From: Patescibacteria group bacterium
GTDB lineage: Bacteria > Patescibacteriota > Patescibacteriia > Patescibacteriales > GWC2-42-12
Assembly (NCBI GenBank): GCA_028707005.1
Contig: JAQTVB010000001.1
Coordinates: 755 to 64,754 of the forward strand
DNA length: 64,000 nt
Direction of reading: 5' to 3'
Shown here: positions 25,820 through 36,085 of the stretch, piece by piece
How the letters are laid out: each line of letters starts with the position of its first letter
Numbering within the stretch: position 1 is the first letter of the stretch
Notes under the pieces: model-generated
The model's input: only the letters and a program-made list of their open reading frames with translations
What the model was told of the DNA's origin: nothing
The model's database searches: none
Made by a program: the position numbers and the translations under genes

Positions 25820-28171
25820 TCACTTCCCTCCCAACGCCTGATAGTCAGCCTCGGTCACGCCCACGCCCAGTTTGCGCATGATATTAAAAGCATCGGCGGC
25901 TTTGGCCAGAAAATATCTTTTGCCGTCGGCCGGATTAATATACCAGGCCTCGCCATGTCCCTGCACCTGCAACAAAATCTTGCCTATGAACTTTTTCGCC
26001 AAAGCGCTGTCAAAAACCAATTTTTTATTTTTTATTAAAGGCGAATAGCCGGTGATGATCTCATCTTTATCGCTATAACCGTCGGCATCGGTATCAGCCT
26101 TGTTCGGATCGCTGCCGATAGCGGTTTCAAAAGCATCGGGCAAGCCATCGTTATCCGCATCGGCGCCGGATAAAGCGCTTAAGCCGACCGGAATTTTTAC
26201 CAAATTGGCATTGGTCATGCCGATGGCCTGCTGTCTGATAACGGCAAAGGCTTGCTCCGGCTTGCCCAAAAAATACAACTTCTTATCTGTTTGGCTAAGA
26301 TAATAGGCTTGGCCCTTGGCTTGCACCCTTAAAACAATTCTGCCTTTAAGTTTCCCGTATAAGCTGTTATTAGCGATGGCGTAACTCTCAAGGTTGGCGG
26401 CCTCGGCTATACTGCCGGCGCCGGCGGAAAGCGGCGCCGCAATAGCCGGTTCTTGAACATTCAGGCCGGCCCAGGCGGTTTTCACATTCGTGCCCGGAGT
26501 GCTGGTAGAACTTACAAAATATTCATATTGGCCATAAGCCAAATTTTTTAAAACCACTTCATGCCGCGCGGTTTTGGCGTCTGACCCGGCTACGCTTACC
26601 GAGGCGTCTCCTGCCTTGCGATAATAGACATAACCCGAGGAGATTAAATTAGTGGCCCAGCTGGTGGTGGCGTTCTGGCCCAAAGCGGAAACGCTCGGAC
26701 CGGCAGTAATGGCTAAAGTATCATCTATGGGCAGAGAAAAACCGCTGATTATCTCGGTCTTTTCCGCCGTGCCGTTCTTGGCCGTTATGGCATAAATATA
26801 ATTTTCTCCCGATTTTAAATGATCTAAAATAATAGCATGTTCAAGCGCCGATTCAGCAGCGTCAATTTTATTATCATTAACATTATAATGCGCTTGGTTG
26901 TAATTTAAAACGCCCGTGGTTTTCAGATCGGTTGTCCAGCCGATTATGGCGGTAGTGGAACTTACCAAGCTTACGCTTTTGGCTATAACGAAAAAATCGT
27001 CAGCTTCCGCCAAACTCTTGTAAACTTTGACCGGGGTAGAAGTGGCATCATTATTATAATTGGCTTCAACCAACTGCTTATTTTTATTGACGGCAAAGGA
27101 CAAATTAAAATTTCCCGGCTGGCTGAAAACGCCATGGAACTTATAGTTAAAAATCCCGCCCGGATTAAAAGGCGCGTTTAGCGTCGGGTAAGAGTCCATG
27201 ACCGGATCGTTGACGCCGTAGTCAAAATACGGCAGGCTGAAATTTATTTCGCTTTTTGCCAGGCCGACGGCGTCGGTTAAAGCAACCTTGCCTGAATTTT
27301 TTATGCCAATAATTAAATCAATCGCCTGGCCCAGAATAATTTTATCCGCGCTAAAGCTCGCCGAATTAATGGCCAGATCGGTGTCGGCCGCGTTATAAAC
27401 GGTAATTTTTTTAGCGGCTGAATTATTAGCTAAGTCGCTTTCCGCTAAAGCGTCGTCCGCATCAATGGTAAAGCTGAATTGCTTTTCGCCGCTTGAAGTA
27501 AATTTTCCTTCATAGCTCCAGTAGAGATAGCCGCCGCTATGAATTATATTCTTAAGCGACGGCGCAGTGCTTGAGGCCCGGTCAATGGAAAAATCTTGAA
27601 AACCGCGCGCTATATTTAAACCGGCCTCGGTATATAAATTATAAGAACTGTTGTTTTTCACCGCGATTTGGATATAACAATTTTGGTTGACCATGGGGTT
27701 GGCCGGCAGGAGAGAAATGGATTCAACCGCCAAATCATAGCCGGCCACGCTCACCGTTAAGCTAATCGAATTGTTGCCGGTGTCGCTTTCGGTTAAAAAA
27801 CCGGCCGGATCAACGGAAAAATTAAGCGTCACCGAGCCGATCTTGGTAAACAAACCATTGATGCCGAAAGTAATATAATCGTTAGTTCTTATAAACGCGC
27901 CTGGCGACGGCGAAACACCGGTTTGAGAATCGGTTTTATAGCCATCTCCGGAAACATTGGATTTCAAAGGAAAATTCAAAGTAAAATCATTGCCCAGATT
28001 TTTTACCTTGGCGGTAAAACTGCATAATTGATTAACTTCGCACTTAGCCGAATTCATAATTAAAGATTCGGCCTTCAAGTCATAATTTTCATCCGCCCGG
28101 GCATGCTTCGGTCCGGGGGAAATAACTAAAAGCAAGAAAAATAATATAACAATTTTTATAAACTTTTGCAT
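25820..28171 (-). CDS. Secreted surface protein: CARDB-like repeats, FN3-like domains, Ca-binding DxDxDG repeats
   Basis: Signal peptide; ES...NN CARDB-type ends; DADNDGLPD; duplicated G[RK]I.L.VQ..G.A.Y C-terminal module. Confidence 0.8.
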   Translation of the reverse strand: MQKFIKIVILFFLLLVISPGPKHARADENYDLKAESLIMNSAKCEVNQLCSFTAKVKNLGNDFTLNFPLKSNVSGDGYKTDSQTGVSPSPGAFIRTNDYITFGINGLFTKIGSVTLNFSVDPAGFLTESDTGNNSISLTVSVAGYDLAVESISLLPANPMVNQNCYIQIAVKNNSSYNLYTEAGLNIARGFQDFSIDRASSTAPSLKNIIHSGGYLYWSYEGKFTSSGEKQFSFTIDADDALAESDLANNSAAKKITVYNAADTDLAINSASFSADKIILGQAIDLIIGIKNSGKVALTDAVGLAKSEINFSLPYFDYGVNDPVMDSYPTLNAPFNPGGIFNYKFHGVFSQPGNFNLSFAVNKNKQLVEANYNNDATSTPVKVYKSLAEADDFFVIAKSVSLVSSTTAIIGWTTDLKTTGVLNYNQAHYNVNDNKIDAAESALEHAIILDHLKSGENYIYAITAKNGTAEKTEIISGFSLPIDDTLAITAGPSVSALGQNATTSWATNLISSGYVYYRKAGDASVSVAGSDAKTARHEVVLKNLAYGQYEYFVSSTSTPGTNVKTAWAGLNVQEPAIAAPLSAGAGSIAEAANLESYAIANNSLYGKLKGRIVLRVQAKGQAYYLSQTDKKLYFLGKPEQAFAVIRQQAIGMTNANLVKIPVGLSALSGADADNDGLPDAFETAIGSDPNKADTDADGYSDKDEIITGYSPLIKNKKLVFDSALAKKFIGKILLQVQGHGEAWYINPADGKRYFLAKAADAFNIMRKLGVGVTEADYQALGGK

Positions 28172-28359
28172 TTTATTAAAAATTATAAAATTAAAAATTA
28201 AAAATTTTCCTTATGCTTATATTTTATCACTTCTTCCCTGCTTTAACAATTAAGGAGATATTTGAATAAAAAAACCGCGGCCGAGAGATCTCCTGGCGGA
28301 AATCTCCGATCGCGGTCTGATTTTCTAAAAGGACTCCACTCCGGCTGCCGGCGCTGGCG

Positions 28360-29529
28360 CTAGTAGCCGATAGTGATGGTCTGCAGGCTATCCGTTAATT
28401 CAAACGTCCTGCAAGTCAAGACGCTGAAGGCATCAACCTTGATGCAAGCCTGCCAAACCCCAGGGCTGGCGTTCGTCGCCACGTCGCCGTAGAGATCAAC
28501 CACCCTGGTGCCGAGCGGCAACACGCAAAACGAGACATTTGAAAAGACGTTTGTCGCCGTAAGGACGACTTTTTTGCTTCCTAGTTGAACGCCATCGGCA
28601 GGATCAACCAAGCGCAAGTTGGAAACGGCCTGACACTCGGCCGGATCCAAATAGACGGTTACTGGTCCCACGTTGTCTCCCTCGTTCGTGTTGTCGGTTA
28701 AGACGAACGAACCCAGTTTAACGTTTCTTGTTCCCGGTGCCACGGTTTGGTCGCCAAAATTGGGATTTTTGGTTAACAGTAGACAATCGTCGCTCACCCT
28801 GAGCGTACACCCATCAACTTCTGCGACGGGTACAGAGAACCAGAACGCCCTCTGCGCTATCACCCCTTGGACATTGTTATGCCCGGAGGCTATACCAACG
28901 GTTATGGTTTTACCGCCGAAGTTGCCTATATTACAGGCTGTGAGCTTCACTTTATTGGTCACCCCAACTGCAACTGTAAAGTCGCCCGGATTAAACCGGA
29001 AATCCTTAGGCAAGCCGTTTGTCACGGCCCGGCAACATAGCTCCCGGCCATCGACGATCAGCCGGATATACATCACCTGACCAGGCATCAGGTCGCCGTT
29101 AGGCTCCCTGATGTAAATGACGACCGGCAGGCCGTCAACCCACGACCCGGCATCCGTCGCCGTGACATCAAACACGGCCAATACCTGTTCAAACGTGTTG
29201 ACGATCAGCTCGCTGTCCGGAGACTCCGGCGCGCGAGTGATGGTCAAATTGGGCTGCTTCACAACCCAGAAAAAACTCCGGCTATTGGTCATAGTCGTGT
29301 CAAAAGTGCAGACATTGGTCGGCAATGCCGCCACCTCGGACCAAGGGCCGTTCACCGACGTTGAACTTAAGACCCGGTAGGCTACGCCTGGCTCTCCCTG
29401 CCAGCAGATTCTGGCTTGATCGCCGCCTACCGGATTATTGATGATGAGCTGAAGACCTGTGTCTTCAGCATTAACTGCCGTCACGATAAGCAACGACAGG
29501 ATTACTGCGTTGATTGTTGTAGTTTTCAT
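28360..29529 (-). CDS. Secreted hypothetical beta-rich protein with atypical codon usage
   Basis: Signal peptide; own terminator (28268-28317); boxA-like GCACATTGACAA upstream (29568-29579). Confidence 0.75.
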   Translation of the reverse strand: MKTTTINAVILSLLIVTAVNAEDTGLQLIINNPVGGDQARICWQGEPGVAYRVLSSTSVNGPWSEVAALPTNVCTFDTTMTNSRSFFWVVKQPNLTITRAPESPDSELIVNTFEQVLAVFDVTATDAGSWVDGLPVVIYIREPNGDLMPGQVMYIRLIVDGRELCCRAVTNGLPKDFRFNPGDFTVAVGVTNKVKLTACNIGNFGGKTITVGIASGHNNVQGVIAQRAFWFSVPVAEVDGCTLRVSDDCLLLTKNPNFGDQTVAPGTRNVKLGSFVLTDNTNEGDNVGPVTVYLDPAECQAVSNLRLVDPADGVQLGSKKVVLTATNVFSNVSFCVLPLGTRVVDLYGDVATNASPGVWQACIKVDAFSVLTCRTFELTDSLQTITIGY

Positions 29530-29641
29530 GATGTTTCATGTAGTTTCTTTGTACTTTCATTTTGAAATTGTCAATGTGCCTTCCACCCGGAATGGCCCAT
29601 TTTCTTGTGTCACTATCCTACTAACCCAACTTGTCATTGTA

Positions 29642-31186
29642 CTACAATTGTGAGCTAATGTCAAATTTTTCTGCCAACATTTTGCATCGCCGCAATTTGA
29701 TGACTAAAAAAATTATTAGCAAATAATAGACCGCCACCCAGCCCCAAGCCAGATGACCAACGGTCAAAGAGCTGAATTTAAAACCGGCAAAAAATTTCAC
29801 CACCGCCAGAATGTATTTGGTCAAAATCAGGCTGGGCAGAAAAAAAAGAAATGACAGCTTAGGGACAAGCGCGGCCAGAGGCAAGGCCGCCAAAATAGCC
29901 ATGGTCAGAATCGGCACGGCCCATAGCACGGCCAAATTGGCCAGGGGCGCGATCAAAGAGACGCGCGAAAAGTCATAAGCCAGGATCGGCACAGTGAAAG
30001 TTTGCGCGGCCAGCGTGATCAGCAAAGCGTCGCTCACGCCCTTGAGCTTGGGCAGTTTGATTTTTTCCCAGAGCGCTTCCAGAATCGGATAAACATAAAC
30101 CAGCCCGGCCATGGCCGCAAAAGACAGCTGGAAACCGGCGTCATCGCGCAACAGCTTGGGATTAATTAACAATAAAATCGCCGCGGTTAAAACCAGCGAG
30201 TTGGTCATCTTGTTTAACCGCCCCAATTTCAGCGCCCAAAGCACAAAAAAAGCCATCAGCCCGGCGCGCGTGGCCGAGGCCGGTGCGCCGACCAATATAA
30301 TATAACCGGCCAGCAGCGCGACCGCCAAATAAAACGCGTAACGCCGCGCCACTCCTAAGGCCAATAAGACGGCCATGGCGATAGCCGCTAAAATACTGAC
30401 GTTGAAACCGGAAACGGCCATAATATGCGTCAAGCCGACTTTTTGAAAATCATCCCTAATATTTTGCGGCAAGCCTTTTTGTCCGCCAAAAACAATCGGC
30501 CGCGCCAAACTTGCTTCCGGCTCGCTTAATCCCGCGTCAATCAAGCCGGCCAGAATTTTTTTAAAATGAAAAATGCGGCGGTAAATCAGATTGCCTTGGC
30601 CCGAGCGGATGACGCTGATCTTCGGATAATAGCACACCGCGTAGATATTATAGCGCGCCAAGTAGCGATCATAAGCAAACCCGTTGAATTCTTCCGGCTG
30701 CTCCGGCTGGCACGCTATTTCCAGCTCGTCGCCATAGTCATGCTCCGGATACAAATTGGTGGTAACCAGCAATCTGCCCTTGGCCGGCCGCCAGGCCGGC
30801 GACTGAATTGCCACCACCGCGATCTCTAATTTTTGGCTGGTTTCCCTTGGATCAGGCTCGCTGGCCACCAACCCGCGCGCTACCACTGATTTCCCATGAT
30901 AATGCCAGATTTTATCCGGCGCATCCTGCGGCAGGCTTACGGCATAGCGCCAAAGGGCAAAGCATAAAATGGCCATGCCCAGTAAGGCCAGGTCGCGACC
31001 TGGCCTTGCCTTGGCCGTTGCTCCGCCTGTCTGCCACAACAACGCCGCCACCATCAAAAAAAATATGGCGGCGCCAAACCACCGTATTTTATATTCTAAA
31101 AATTTAACTGGCAAAAACGAGGCCGCGGCAATACCGACAATAAACACTAAACAACTGATTAAAAAAATCTTGGATTTAGAAAACAT
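29642..31186 (-). CDS. comEC: ComEC/Rec2 membrane (competence) domain protein
   Basis: GLTHIMAVSGFNV, SATRAGLM, GFQLSFAA, PLANL. Confidence 0.93.
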   Translation of the reverse strand: MFSKSKIFLISCLVFIVGIAAASFLPVKFLEYKIRWFGAAIFFLMVAALLWQTGGATAKARPGRDLALLGMAILCFALWRYAVSLPQDAPDKIWHYHGKSVVARGLVASEPDPRETSQKLEIAVVAIQSPAWRPAKGRLLVTTNLYPEHDYGDELEIACQPEQPEEFNGFAYDRYLARYNIYAVCYYPKISVIRSGQGNLIYRRIFHFKKILAGLIDAGLSEPEASLARPIVFGGQKGLPQNIRDDFQKVGLTHIMAVSGFNVSILAAIAMAVLLALGVARRYAFYLAVALLAGYIILVGAPASATRAGLMAFFVLWALKLGRLNKMTNSLVLTAAILLLINPKLLRDDAGFQLSFAAMAGLVYVYPILEALWEKIKLPKLKGVSDALLITLAAQTFTVPILAYDFSRVSLIAPLANLAVLWAVPILTMAILAALPLAALVPKLSFLFFLPSLILTKYILAVVKFFAGFKFSSLTVGHLAWGWVAVYYLLIIFLVIKLRRCKMLAEKFDISSQL

Positions 31187-31246
31187 TTTCCCTCCTTATG
31201 AAAAAATAATTTTCAAACAAAGACCATGGGTTTGCTTAATTAAAAA

Positions 31247-32062
31247 TTACCCAAAGGGATTTTCTTTGGTAAAATCCGGCAAAAACACGGAATGGCTGCC
31301 CGGCGCCTGCGCCCAGCCTTGATCAAGCCCAAGCTTCAACATGTAATGAAAAACTTTTTCATATTCTTCCGGCGCCACGTTCCGTCTAAGTTCCGGAAAA
31401 TTTTTCGCTTTGAAAACCGGCGCGTATTGACTCATTAAATTAACGCGAATGTCTTGATTGATTTCTTTAAGACAATTTAAAGCCATAAAGCTATTTTCCG
31501 CGTTATTGGGCAAAACCAGATGTCTGACCATCAAGCCTTTTATCGCAATCTTGTTTTTATCCAGCTGCAGATGGCCGACCTGCAGCAGCATGGCTCCGAC
31601 CGCCGCCTTGGCCTTTACCAGATAATCTTTCACGCCGGAATATTTAAAAGCCAAAGAGTCGCTGCCATATTTAAAATCAGGCAGATAAATATCCACCAGC
31701 CCCTTCATGCTCTCAATGACGTCAAGGCTTTCATAAGCGTTAGAATTCCAAATAATCGGCAGTTTTAAGCCCTGCTCTTGAGCCATGACAATCGCTTGCT
31801 TAATCTCTTTAGCCCAAATGGTTGGCGACACCAGATCAATGTTAACTGCGCCCTCCCGCGCCAAGGTAAGCATAATGTCGGCCAGTTCTTTAATACTGAA
31901 CTTTTTACCAAGGCCCTGTTGCGAAATTTGGTAATTTTGGCAATAGACACATCTCAAATTACAACCGGTAAAAAATATTGTACCTGCGCCTTGATCTCCG
32001 ACTAGCGGCGGCTCTTCGCCAAAATGTTTGCCATACCAGGCAATTTTTACGGAATTGGACAT
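31247..32062 (-). CDS. Radical SAM protein, PflX-like
   Basis: HFGEEPPL, CNLRCVYCQN, DIYLPDFKY, VRHLVLP. Confidence 0.9.
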   Translation of the reverse strand: MSNSVKIAWYGKHFGEEPPLVGDQGAGTIFFTGCNLRCVYCQNYQISQQGLGKKFSIKELADIMLTLAREGAVNIDLVSPTIWAKEIKQAIVMAQEQGLKLPIIWNSNAYESLDVIESMKGLVDIYLPDFKYGSDSLAFKYSGVKDYLVKAKAAVGAMLLQVGHLQLDKNKIAIKGLMVRHLVLPNNAENSFMALNCLKEINQDIRVNLMSQYAPVFKAKNFPELRRNVAPEEYEKVFHYMLKLGLDQGWAQAPGSHSVFLPDFTKENPFG

Positions 32063-32092
32063 AATGATGCTTATTCTAAATTTCCCATTGTT

Positions 32093-32755
32093 TTATTTAT
32101 ACACCCGGTGAAATTTATAAAATAAATAACTAAAAATAATCAAAGCAAGCAGGCCCAAGCCGGCGTATTTCCCTACCTTGCCTTCAAAAGACCGCCAGAC
32201 CGGCTTGTTGAAAAATTTTGTTTTTAATCGCGGAATAGTGATCAAGGCCTTGGCCATCTCTAAAATGGGAAATTCCTCCTTCTCCCCCACCACCAAAACA
32301 TATTTGCCTAAATTATCCGGGCTAGAAACTTTTATAAAATAATAGCCGGCCTCACCGAATTTTTTTACCCATGGCCCTTGCCAATAATCATCGCCCGCGT
32401 ATTCTTCATAAAACGCGGTCCAGGCCGCCGCTTCGGGATTAAGCGTGGCGAAAACCGCGGCCGCTTGTCCTAGCTCCGGCGCATACTCTATGGCCACAGT
32501 TTTATCTTTACCAATATTCGGCAAAGCCGGCACCAGAATTTGCCAATAAAGCTCCTGCGCTTCTTTCAAGTCAATAACGTAAAATGCCGGCTGGCCTTTT
32601 AGTTCGCCATAAAATGCCTGGGAAACTCTGGGATTCTTGATAACGACCAGCTGATCGCCGGTGATATAGCGCGGCTGATGCGCTCCAGCTGCCGCCGCCA
32701 CGCCGAAACTGCAAAATACCAAGCCTAATATTAAAATAAACCGATATTTCATCAT
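32093..32755 (-). CDS. Hypothetical exported protein with C-terminal TM
   Basis: Signal peptide, C-terminal hydrophobic anchor. Confidence 0.75.
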   Translation of the reverse strand: MMKYRFILILGLVFCSFGVAAAAGAHQPRYITGDQLVVIKNPRVSQAFYGELKGQPAFYVIDLKEAQELYWQILVPALPNIGKDKTVAIEYAPELGQAAAVFATLNPEAAAWTAFYEEYAGDDYWQGPWVKKFGEAGYYFIKVSSPDNLGKYVLVVGEKEEFPILEMAKALITIPRLKTKFFNKPVWRSFEGKVGKYAGLGLLALIIFSYLFYKFHRVYK

Positions 32756-32809
32756 AAATTGTTTTATTGTTTTCTTGCTTTCTTGCTTTCTTGCTTGTCC
32801 TCCGAAGCT

Positions 32810-33914
32810 TCAGCGGAGGAGGGTTTTCTTGCTTCGTAAATACGCTTCCATAAAGCCGTTAAGCTCTCCGTCCAAGACGCTTTGAATATCAGAAGTTTCC
32901 TGCTCGGTGCGATGGTCTTTAACTAACTGGTAGGGCTGCATGACGTAAGAGCGGATCTGCTTGCCCCATTCGGCTTTTTCTAATTTGCCGCGCACTTTTT
33001 TTTCTTCACTATCCTTTCTTTCTTCGGCCAGCTTGAATAATTTAGCTTTTAAAATCCGCAGGGCCGTTTCCCTGTTTTGCAATTGCGATCTCTGCGTCTG
33101 GCAAGCGACCACAATGCCGCTCGGCTTATGCAAAATACGCACCGCGGTTTCCACTTTATTGACATTTTGCCCGCCCGCGCCCGAAGAGCGGTAAGTCGTC
33201 ACCTCCAGATCGGCCGGCTTGATTTCCATTATTTCAGTGTCCGGCAATTCGGGAATAACTTCCACTAAAGCGAAAGAGGTGTGGCGCATCTGTTCGGCAT
33301 CAAACGGCGAAATGCGCACCAAGCGGTGCACTCCTGATTCGCTCTTTAAATAACCGTAAGCCCAGTTGCCGATAATACGGTAGCTGGCGTTTTTAATGCC
33401 GGCTTCGTTGCCCGCGTTGCGCTCCACTAATTCGGCTTGCCAGCCGCGCTTTTCCGCGAATCTTAAAAACATGCGCTCCAGCATCTGCGCCCAGTCCTGC
33501 GCGTCCACGCCGCCGGTGCCGGCGTGTAAAGAAATAATAGCATTATTTTTATCGTATTTGCCGGAAAATAAAACAAAAAACTCCAGCTCCTCGTAGCGGC
33601 GCTTGAACTCCTGGTATTTTAAATTAGCTTCATCAGCGATTGATAAATCACGCTCTTTCACGGCTTCGGCAACATACTGTTCCAAATCGGTAATTTCTTT
33701 TTTTAGCTTTTCCCACTGGCCGATTTCTTTTTCTTCATTTTCCGCCTGTCGGCTGATGGCCACGGCCGCTTCCCGATTTTGCCAAAAATCAGGCGCGCTC
33801 ATCTTTAACTTCTGGCCGCCGACTTCGACCATTCTTCTGTCCAAATCAAAGCAACCTCCAGGTATCTAGGAGGCGTTCTCTCAATATTTCCAGATTTTTC
33901 AATAAATTTTCCAT
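32810..33914 (-). CDS. prfB: Peptide chain release factor 2 with programmed +1 frameshift
   Basis: 22 codons from ATG 33914 to GGAGG-TTG-CTT-TGA (33846-33851); +1 frame carries SPF and GGQ motifs. Confidence 0.96.
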
Positions 33915-33920
33915 GCATTT

Positions 33921-33949
33921 ATCTTACACTTTTACAGCCTAAAAATCAA
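33921..33949 (-). promoter_or_regulatory. prfB promoter, leaderless start
   Basis: TTGATT-17-TAAGAT, ATG 6 nt downstream. Confidence 0.65.
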
Positions 33950-34028
33950 GCCGGCGACAAGGGTTTCTATAAATAAACAGGTATGCTATAATAACTAAAG
34001 AAGGGATTAAATATTAACTAAAAAAATT

Positions 34029-34175
34029 ATGCCGGAGATTTACAACCCTAAAAAAGAAACACAAAAAATCAAACAGGGAATTGAAGTTTCTCCGCAAGGT
34101 TACCACCTCACGGAAAAAGATACGCAGGAAAAGAAAAAAGGAGCAAAGCAGGAAGAATGGAGAGAGCAAAAATAA
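34029..34175 (+). CDS. 48-aa charged small protein (absent from ORF track)
   Basis: MPEIYNPKKETQKIKQGIEVSPQGYHLTEKDTQEKKKGAKQEEWREQK*; TGcTATAAT at 33984-33992; terminator 34183-34213. Confidence 0.6.
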   Translation: MPEIYNPKKETQKIKQGIEVSPQGYHLTEKDTQEKKKGAKQEEWREQK

Positions 34176-34258
34176 TTTTTTATAAAACACGACCGTTAAT
34201 TGGTCGTGTTTTAATTTGTGCTAATCTGTGTATTTTATCCGTGTTAAATTTGTGTGTC

Positions 34259-35521
34259 TTATCTAGCCTCTTCCAGTTTAACTTTAATGGTTTTTTCCTT
34301 GGCTTGGTGAAGAACTTTTAAAGTAATCTCCTGGCCCGGCTTAAATTTGGCGATTTCCGCGGCCAGCAAATTTTCTTCGGTGATTTTCTCGCCGTTAATT
34401 TCCAAAATAATATCATTTTCCGTGAGTCCCGCCTTGTCCGCCGGACTGCCGGGGATAACCGCCAAATCGGTCGGCTTCTGGCCGCGGACGATAATCGCGC
34501 CGTAATCCACCGATAATTTATTGTCCTGGGCAATGGACTGATTGATAATTAAATATCTCACGCCAAGCCAGGGCCGGACAATGCGGCCGTTGGTTTTAAC
34601 ATTATTAATAATGCTTTTAACCGCGTCAATCGGTATGGCGAAACCGATGTTCTGCGCCCCTTGCGCCATAGCCGTGTTAATGCCGATCACCTGGCCGGCA
34701 ATATTGAGGAGCGGACCGCCGGAATTGCCCTGATTAATGGAAGCGTCTGTCTGGATGACATTTTCCAATTCTTCCGCTCCGGATAAAGCGCCGCTGGCGG
34801 TAATGGAGCGGGCTAGACCGGAAATCACGCCGGTGGAAACCGTGTTTCTGAATTCGCCCAAAGCGTTGCCGATGGCGATAACGCTCTGCCCCACTTTCAG
34901 ATTGGCGCTGTCGCCCAATTCCACGGTGGGCAGATTTTTAGCGTCAATTTTCAAAATTGCCAAATCAATAGTCTGATCCTGGCCCACGACTTTGGCCGGA
35001 AATTTCTTGCCATCATTCATTAAAACCGTATAATCGGCTTCAGCGTCATCAACCACATGGCGATTGGTGACAATCAAGCCGTCGGCGGTAATGATAAAAC
35101 CGCTGCCGCCGCCGATTTCTTGCTTAACTGTCCCGCTTGAATCCTGGTTGGACTGATTATTATTCTGCGGCTGGCTAGGCAAAGCAAAATCCGGAAAATC
35201 GGAACCGAAGAATTGGCGGAAAAATTCCGAGCCGAAAGGATTGCCGTATTGCTGAATTTTGGGCAAATTTTTGGTGATAATAATACTTACTACGGCCGGC
35301 GAAACCTTGTCTACGGCCGAAATCACGGCAGAATCTTCGCTTACTTTAATGATTTTTTCCCTCTCCGCGGACGGTTTAGAAAAGCCAAACCACTGGCCGA
35401 AATTCAGCTGATTGGAGGCCAGGCTGCCTGCCCAAAACCCGAAACCGGCGCCCACGATTGAGCTTACAATAATAGAAATGACGATAACCGCAATAAACGC
35501 TTTTTTAAAATTATTGTCCAT
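34259..35521 (-). CDS. htrA: HtrA/DegP serine protease with PDZ domain
   Basis: TNRHVV, DLAILK, GNSGGPL; N-terminal TM. Confidence 0.95.
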   Translation of the reverse strand: MDNNFKKAFIAVIVISIIVSSIVGAGFGFWAGSLASNQLNFGQWFGFSKPSAEREKIIKVSEDSAVISAVDKVSPAVVSIIITKNLPKIQQYGNPFGSEFFRQFFGSDFPDFALPSQPQNNNQSNQDSSGTVKQEIGGGSGFIITADGLIVTNRHVVDDAEADYTVLMNDGKKFPAKVVGQDQTIDLAILKIDAKNLPTVELGDSANLKVGQSVIAIGNALGEFRNTVSTGVISGLARSITASGALSGAEELENVIQTDASINQGNSGGPLLNIAGQVIGINTAMAQGAQNIGFAIPIDAVKSIINNVKTNGRIVRPWLGVRYLIINQSIAQDNKLSVDYGAIIVRGQKPTDLAVIPGSPADKAGLTENDIILEINGEKITEENLLAAEIAKFKPGQEITLKVLHQAKEKTIKVKLEEAR

Positions 35522-35700
35522 AGATTTTATTGAGAAAAGTGAATCAACGAGATTATGACCTATATATTTATACGCTGACCAGGACAGTTTTGTTGCAGAT
35601 TATATAATATTATAGTATTGCCATAAAAAATTTTCAAATCGAACATACTTGATTTTTTTGTTATTATTTGGTTTCATTAAGAGAGGTTGAAAAAAACAAT

Positions 35701-35986
35701 AGGCGGAGCGGCTTACAGGCAAAAAACTGCCGGCTTAGCCGCTATGCTGACATTAGAGCCAAAAAACACCACGGCTCTGTCTGGCGAACACTTCGCCATT
35801 ATTATTTCGCGATCAACGCGCGCCCCCCAGCGCGTTCAACACCATAGACCACGGTAAGACGACAATAGCGACCACGCCGGCCCACCAGCGAAGTCGAATT
35901 CTCCTCACGCCATACTATGGCCCTGGCTTTCGCGAAATCAGCCTTGGGGAGGGCGAGCTGTTCAGCCGCTCTCCCCCTCTTTTTTT
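35701..35986 (+). ncRNA. Candidate structured RNA (~285 nt), family not recognised
   Basis: Consecutive stems AGCGGCT/AGCCGCT, AGAGCC/GGCTCT, TGGCGAA/TTCGCCA, ATTTCGCGA/TCGCGAAAT, then terminator and T run. Confidence 0.5.
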
Positions 35987-36085
35987 AAATCAACTTCAAC
36001 ATAAAAAAACCGCGCGACACCAACGGCTCGCGCTGAAAAAATTTGCCTCGCACCAAATATATTGCCTTAGATTCTGGAATCAAAC

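Noticed and set aside
25752-25823. ORF-track N-terminal extensions (also on rplR, rplF, nrdR and the 52252 gene)
   Set aside because: They translate intergenic repeat DNA; downstream starts fit the protein families better
33846-33860. In-frame stop in prfB as a pseudogene or novelty
   Set aside because: Well-known programmed +1 frameshift (SD-like GGAGG, CTT-TGA)
35744-35857. 37-aa ORF MLTLEPK...HHRPR inside the RNA candidate
   Set aside because: No RBS or recognisable features; base-pairing explains the sequence better
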